A stretch of DNA of 64,000 bases, from contig CAZQOQ010000007.1 in assembly GCA_964595205.1 (NCBI GenBank), forward strand, positions 40,369 through 104,368. The letters run 5' to 3'. How positions within the stretch are numbered: the first letter of the stretch is position 1; each line of letters starts with the position of its first letter. Below, piece by piece: positions 59,011-64,000 of the stretch. The translations under genes were made by a program, and so were the position numbers. The DNA is from an uncultured Flavobacteriales bacterium (GTDB lineage Bacteria; Bacteroidota; Bacteroidia; AKYH767-A; 2013-40CM-41-45). The notes under the pieces are model-generated. The model made no database searches, had not been told where the DNA came from, and saw only the letters and a program-made list of their open reading frames with translations.

Positions 59011-59074
59011 AAAAAACAATTCTGCTTAATCTGCGGTTTCATCTGCGGCATCTGCAGGAAACAATTTTACTTCC
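59011..59074. repeat. 64-bp ATCTGC-rich repeat, copy 2
   Basis: Direct repeat of 57950-58013, beginning immediately after the TAG stop at 59010. Confidence 0.85.
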
Positions 59075-59122
59075 AACCTCTTCAGGCTCTCCAATTAGCA
59101 ATGACTATTCTGCCTGAAAAAT

Positions 59123-59920
59123 TTATTTGTCCTCGATTAAATCATTTCCGGCAATAGAAGAACTCTCTCTTGTAAGAATTGAAAACCCGAGTCCGAACGA
59201 AATCCATGTCTTTCCATGATAAATGAAATGGACATTTTCGTTGTTGGAAATAAAATCCCAGCCGACGAAGAGTCCCGCCTGAGTCTGGGAGAAGAAATCG
59301 AAGACAGCGCCAATGGAAGGCGAGAGGGCAGGAACATCGGTATCGTCTTCAATGTAGCCATCCGTAGACCGTTTGTTGATGGTAACAGAGGTGACGCCGA
59401 GGCCAACAAGAAAATTTATGCAATTGCGCGAATAATGAGAGAGCCGCATTTTGATTCCTGCGACGGGACCGAGAGTGAAGTCCTTCGAGAAATCGAATTT
59501 CTTAATTCGCATCTTGATTGGAATTAAAATGTTTCCCGCGGTGAATGAGACTTTTTTATCGTATCGCGGGATGGCATTTCTGAGCATGCCTGCCGACATC
59601 AGAAAATATTTGTTCTGCAATCCGGCAGAATCGGCAAAGCACCACAGGGCATTCATGAGCGCATTGTTCTTCCAGCGTCGGAAGCGGACGATGAGAGAAT
59701 CGTTCCCGGTACGGCCAATCACAGTGAAGATGGCGCCGGGCATGGCAATAATAATGTTGGTGTCATTGCCCTGGTTGCCGAGGATATCGCAGGGGTAGAC
59801 AGGGATTTCGAGAACGATACAGTAATGCATGATTCTTTCACCCGGGAATCCGGGCTGACCCTGTGCAAGGAGTTGGCTTAAGACGATGGCGCAGCTTATG
59901 TGCGTTTGCAGCGAAATCAT
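59123..59920 (-). CDS. Hypothetical exported protein with C-terminal amphipathic beta strands
   Basis: 265-aa ORF; IPIKMR..FDFSKDFTLG and GLFVGWD..TWISFGLGFSIL look like membrane beta strands. Confidence 0.55.
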   Translation of the reverse strand: MISLQTHISCAIVLSQLLAQGQPGFPGERIMHYCIVLEIPVYPCDILGNQGNDTNIIIAMPGAIFTVIGRTGNDSLIVRFRRWKNNALMNALWCFADSAGLQNKYFLMSAGMLRNAIPRYDKKVSFTAGNILIPIKMRIKKFDFSKDFTLGPVAGIKMRLSHYSRNCINFLVGLGVTSVTINKRSTDGYIEDDTDVPALSPSIGAVFDFFSQTQAGLFVGWDFISNNENVHFIYHGKTWISFGLGFSILTRESSSIAGNDLIEDK

Positions 59921-60324
59921 TTTGAGCGAACGGAGAATCGCATGTGTTTATTGAAAAGCGGTGAAGTTCATGGTTTTACATTTATTATGATTTCACCTGC
60001 CGAACCTAAAAAACAGATCGGCTTTAGTTTCTCACCGAATTACCTCTGAAACCAGCCAAACAGTTGCAGTTCCGGGGAACAATTATGTCCAAAGTATTAC
60101 AGATTTTCGCTGCTAAAACCGGATCTCTTCCGGGGCATTTTTAGTTCTTTTCTTAAAAATTTCCTATCATTGCAACCCCGAAACGACGGGGAGAGTAGAA
60201 GATAGAAATAGTAATTATTGAATTATCTAATTTTAAATAATCAGATTAGTTTATTTCTGATTGAAAGTAGAAAGCAGGTAATTTTCAAATTAACGAATTT
60301 TCAAATTTTCAAATTAGTAAAAAG

Positions 60325-60398
60325 GGTCCTGTGGCCGAGTGGTTAGGCAGAGGTCTGCAAAACCTTGTACAGCGGTTCAAATCCGCTCGGGACCTCCA
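60325..60398 (+). tRNA. tRNA-Cys (GCA), CCA encoded
   Basis: GGTCCTG/CGGGACC acceptor stem, CTGCAAA anticodon loop, GGTTCAAATCC T-arm, U73 discriminator, CCA. Confidence 0.97.
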
Positions 60399-60425
60399 GA
60401 TTCGTCCGCCAGCTGGTGGAACATT

Positions 60426-60456
60426 AAGCCCCATTTGAACAAAACGGGGCTTTTTG
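60426..60456 (+). terminator. Intrinsic terminator after tRNA-Cys
   Basis: AAGCCCC...GGGGCTT stem followed by T-rich sequence. Confidence 0.75.
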
Positions 60457-60749
60457 CTTTTTGTTAGGAGACGTGGCGACTCGTTAGGACACAAATTCGT
60501 TTCGCTGGAACTAAAAGGAATGTTTCACTGGAAGGGCATTTATTTTATACTATTCTTATTTGAATTTCCGAAAATTGTTTTACTAGATTCCTGCGTGATA
60601 TACCATTCTCTATTCGTATTTTTAAATGGGAATGGTATAAATAAGCAAATTAATATTTTAACGAGAAAGGATTGACCAGTCTGTCGCAACTGGGCTTTGC
60701 AGATTCCTGCGGATAGCCTATTTTTGGGAACACGGATATTTTCCGTAAA

Positions 60750-62699
60750 ATGAAAAAAAACCGAGTCATTACCGTTTCAATTATTGTTTCCCTGATTGCA
60801 ATCAGCGAATTTTTATTGTCTGAGCGCAATGAGGGCCGGGCTGCGCAATTTCATTCTGCATCTGAGATGTTTTTTTTCCAAAATCATATGCAAACGCCGA
60901 TAGCGGCCGGAGAATATTTTCTTCATTCAATTAACTGCAAGGGATGCCACGGCTTCGACTCACTTGGAATAGCGAGCGTTGATATGAATGGTGTTGATGT
61001 TAACCTCTACGATGACTGGCAGGCGACGATGATGGCGAATTCTGCAGTCGATCCGTTGTGGCGTGCAAAAGTAAGCCATGAGATACTCGTCGATCCCGGA
61101 CATGCAGTGCAACTTCAAAACAAGTGTACTTCATGCCATGCGCCTATGGGACACTTCAGCGCTTTGTACAAAGGTTTTCCTAACTACAACATCGCAATGC
61201 TCGATACAGACTCGCTCGGACTCAATGGCGTTTCATGCAGCGGCTGTCATGAGATAGGGACAAATAATCTTGGAAGTGTTTTCTCCGGCGTCATTCCTTA
61301 CGATACTTCAAAGGTTGAATTTGGTCCATACCAGAATCCCAATGCCGGTCCGATGCAATTATATGTAGGCCTGACTCCGACTTACAGCACACATATGGGA
61401 GAAGGCAGATTTTGTTCGCCTTGTCATACGCTTATTACAAACACTGTGGACCTGCAGGGAAATCTTACTGGCGGAACATTTATCGAGCAGGCAACATTCC
61501 ATGAGTGGGAAAACTCAAGTGCTCCGGGAGACAATATCACATGCCAGAAATGCCATATGCCGCAGGTGGCTGATTCCATCGTGATTGCAAGCGGCATTCT
61601 GAATTTACCTCCCCGTGCCCCATTCAACCGACACAAGTTTACAGGTGCGAATGCATTCATGGTTAACCTGATCAGGAATAATAAATCTTCCATCGGCATT
61701 AACACACCGGATGTACGTTTTGATTCTACCCTTGCTGCAATCAATCGTATGCTAACCCAGAATACACTTGCCATAAATCTTCTTCTTGATTCTGTTACGA
61801 GTGACACGGCATTCCTTAATCTGCGTCTCATCAATAAAGCAGGACATAAATTTCCTTCGGGATATCCAAGCCGCCGGGCAGTAGTTCAGCTGGTTGCTCT
61901 TGATCAATCGAACGATACGGTGTTTGCATCAGGCACCTTCGACTCGAATTACGAAGTGAATGGAATAGATACGGCGTTCGAACCACACTACAACATTATT
62001 TCACAGGAAGACCAGCACCAGATTTATGAGATGGTGATGGGAGATGTGAACAACAATAAAACAACAGTTCTTGAGCGAGCAGATACTGTTTTAAAAGACA
62101 ACCGCATTCCCCCGGAAGGATTTGTATCGACATCTCCTGTTTATGATACGGTACGAATTGTAGGAGATGCATTGAATGATCCCGATTTCAATAAAAATAT
62201 TTCTGGTGTTGAGGGGAACGGCCGGGACAATGTACATTACCATATTCCTCTGGCAGGTTTTTCAGGAACCATTCGCATGTATGCCAGGGTTTACTATCAG
62301 ACTGTTCCGCCCGGATGGTTGAAAGAAATGTTTTCATACAGTAGCGCACCGATCGACTCTTTCCGCCGGATGTACAATGCGGCAGACCGGTCGCCTTTAC
62401 TTATCGGCGAGGATTCCATGTACGTATTTTCTACAGGTGTTGGGGGAATTATACGGAACGACGGGCTTACTGTATTCCCGAATCCTTGTTCTGACGGACG
62501 TATAAAAATTGCCTCACTTGGTACAATGAAGATCCGTAAAGTGGACGTCTATGCCGCTGATGGAAGATTCATCCAGTCCTTTAACTTCAAGAATCAGCCA
62601 TTAATCGCTGAAATTGACCTGAAAGAGGCAAAAGGACTCTGTTTTTTACGGATTGATACAGGCCGGAAGACAATTATTAGAAAGGTCATCCTGGAATAA
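60750..62699 (+). CDS. Multiheme (5 x CxxCH) c-type cytochrome with a T9SS type A CTD
   Basis: CKGCH (aa63), CTSCH (126), CSGCH (163), CSPCH (222), CQKCH (265); NKAGHKFPSG motif; TVFPNP..VYAADGR..GLCFLRI..RKVILE CTD. Confidence 0.88.
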   Translation: MKKNRVITVSIIVSLIAISEFLLSERNEGRAAQFHSASEMFFFQNHMQTPIAAGEYFLHSINCKGCHGFDSLGIASVDMNGVDVNLYDDWQATMMANSAVDPLWRAKVSHEILVDPGHAVQLQNKCTSCHAPMGHFSALYKGFPNYNIAMLDTDSLGLNGVSCSGCHEIGTNNLGSVFSGVIPYDTSKVEFGPYQNPNAGPMQLYVGLTPTYSTHMGEGRFCSPCHTLITNTVDLQGNLTGGTFIEQATFHEWENSSAPGDNITCQKCHMPQVADSIVIASGILNLPPRAPFNRHKFTGANAFMVNLIRNNKSSIGINTPDVRFDSTLAAINRMLTQNTLAINLLLDSVTSDTAFLNLRLINKAGHKFPSGYPSRRAVVQLVALDQSNDTVFASGTFDSNYEVNGIDTAFEPHYNIISQEDQHQIYEMVMGDVNNNKTTVLERADTVLKDNRIPPEGFVSTSPVYDTVRIVGDALNDPDFNKNISGVEGNGRDNVHYHIPLAGFSGTIRMYARVYYQTVPPGWLKEMFSYSSAPIDSFRRMYNAADRSPLLIGEDSMYVFSTGVGGIIRNDGLTVFPNPCSDGRIKIASLGTMKIRKVDVYAADGRFIQSFNFKNQPLIAEIDLKEAKGLCFLRIDTGRKTIIRKVILE

Positions 62700-62811
62700 A
62701 TTTTATATCTTTCTATTGCATTTAATTTATTTAATTTGCTTGGCTTGTCAGACGTCACAAAAGTTTGAACTAATGTGATTCAACTCATCTATCCAGACCA
62801 AACCACATCTC

Positions 62812-64000
62812 ATGAAAAAATTTACAAGCATTTGCCTGGCTATGTTTTTCGCCGGGACATTTGGTGCATTGCATTCACATGCACAACTCTCGTTTACTAA
62901 TGCTAACGCGAAATTAACCAACGTGAATATATTCAGCGGCTGTGCTGTAACTGTTGCCGATATGAACGGCGACGGTCTCGACGATATTGCTCGCTTAAAC
63001 CAGGGACATGATCTCTACATCGAATATCAGAAACCCGGTCATCAGTTCCAGAATTTACATATTGCAGATTTCGGCGGCGGCTCCCAATGGGGAATGTGTG
63101 TGGCAGATGTTGATCATAACGGCTACAACGATGTACTTGCCGGTGGAAACAACTCACAGTATATTCAACTCATGAAGCTCGATGCGTATGGGCTCATGGG
63201 AAACATTATTACGCTTTCAACTGCTTCCATCTCGGGATACTTTATGCAGAATGCAAATTTCATGGATGTGAACAACGACGGATGGGAAGATATTTTTACA
63301 TGTAATGATAATGGTCCGTCAGTGATCTGGGTGAATGACGGTACAGGAAATTTCACCATGTCATCCATTATCAATTTTGCCATACATCCGTGGACAATCT
63401 CTACAGGAGGTCATGGAAACGATCCTGCTGATGCTGGAAATTACGGAAGCGTATGGACAGACTTTGACAACGATGGTGATGTCGACTTATACGTTGCACA
63501 TTGCCGGCAGGGCGTAAGCAGCACTGCCGACCCAAGAAGAATTGACCAGCTCTGGGTAAATGATGGAAACAATAACTATACACAGATGGATACTGTTTAT
63601 GGCGTTGCCGACAGCATGGAAACATGGACTGCAAGTTTTGCTGACTTTGACAATGATGGTGATTTTGACCTGATGTTGTTCGAGCAGGATAGCCCGAGCC
63701 GCGTACTCGAAAACGATGGCGCCGGCCACTATACTGAAATCACTTCTACCACAGGTATCAATCTAACCGAACAGCCGATTGAATCAGTGATGGAAGATTT
63801 CGACAATGATGGTTTTGTTGATGTGCTTATTGCTGGATCTAATTCTGAGCTTTTTCATAACAATGGTAACAAGACATTTACTAAAGTAATAAATGCATTC
63901 GATAATAATGCGATGGAATCATTTGCTGTCGGCGATCTGAACCACGACGGTAAAATTGACATCTACGCAAGTTATGCCAACATCTATACGAACCCTACTA
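62812..64000 (+). CDS. Secreted FG-GAP/VCBS-repeat protein (CRTAC1/ASPIC-UnbV-like), 3' end beyond the window
   Basis: Manual translation from ATG 62812: signal peptide MKKFTSICLAMFFAG, then repeated ADMNGDG, DVDHNG, DFDNDGD and GDLNHDG motifs; open to the window end. Confidence 0.85.
   Translation, partial: MKKFTSICLAMFFAGTFGALHSHAQLSFTNANAKLTNVNIFSGCAVTVADMNGDGLDDIARLNQGHDLYIEYQKPGHQFQNLHIADFGGGSQWGMCVADVDHNGYNDVLAGGNNSQYIQLMKLDAYGLMGNIITLSTASISGYFMQNANFMDVNNDGWEDIFTCNDNGPSVIWVNDGTGNFTMSSIINFAIHPWTISTGGHGNDPADAGNYGSVWTDFDNDGDVDLYVAHCRQGVSSTADPRRIDQLWVNDGNNNYTQMDTVYGVADSMETWTASFADFDNDGDFDLMLFEQDSPSRVLENDGAGHYTEITSTTGINLTEQPIESVMEDFDNDGFVDVLIAGSNSELFHNNGNKTFTKVINAFDNNAMESFAVGDLNHDGKIDIYASYANIYTNPT

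Noticed and set aside
4914-62811. Sigma-54 (-24/-12, TGGCAC-N5-TTGC) promoters in intergenic regions
   Set aside because: No convincing match found by eye. A PWM scan would be needed.
1-64000. Integrase, transposase, prophage or defence-system genes
   Set aside because: No ORF shows such motifs. The fibre-like domain at 10077-11846 has no phage structural neighbours.

Overview
A 64-kb chromosomal window from a free-living-type Bacteroidota genome, judged from many T9SS C-terminal domains, TAnnTTTG -7 promoters and SprB repeats. Housekeeping genes (rpoN, trpS, pccB-like, purD, ybeY, a yceI-nitroreductase-pirin-marR cluster, tRNA-Ile2(CAU), tRNA-Cys) are interleaved with a high density of large secreted or surface proteins. 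Eight complete genes carry a T9SS CTD. I found no CRISPR array, rRNA, integrase or transposase. Most notable observations: (1) a five-CxxCH multiheme cytochrome c with a T9SS type A CTD; (2) a three-gene locus in which two giant modular proteins lack a T9SS CTD and instead end in a shared beta-sandwich/dockerin-like module, followed by a small stand-alone version of that module that does carry a T9SS CTD; (3) a small AT-hook-rich basic protein; (4) an ECF sigma with a dual-membrane-spanning anti-sigma-like partner; (5) a three-gene AT-rich island that includes a SprB/fibre-chaperone fusion; (6) many structured intergenic repeats, namely inverted hexamer tracts with fold-back hairpins around a decayed gene fragment next to tRNA-Ile2, two 7-mer arrays in opposite orientation, a MITE-like inverted repeat and a 64-bp direct repeat pair. 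All family assignments come from motif recognition by eye; no database search was run.
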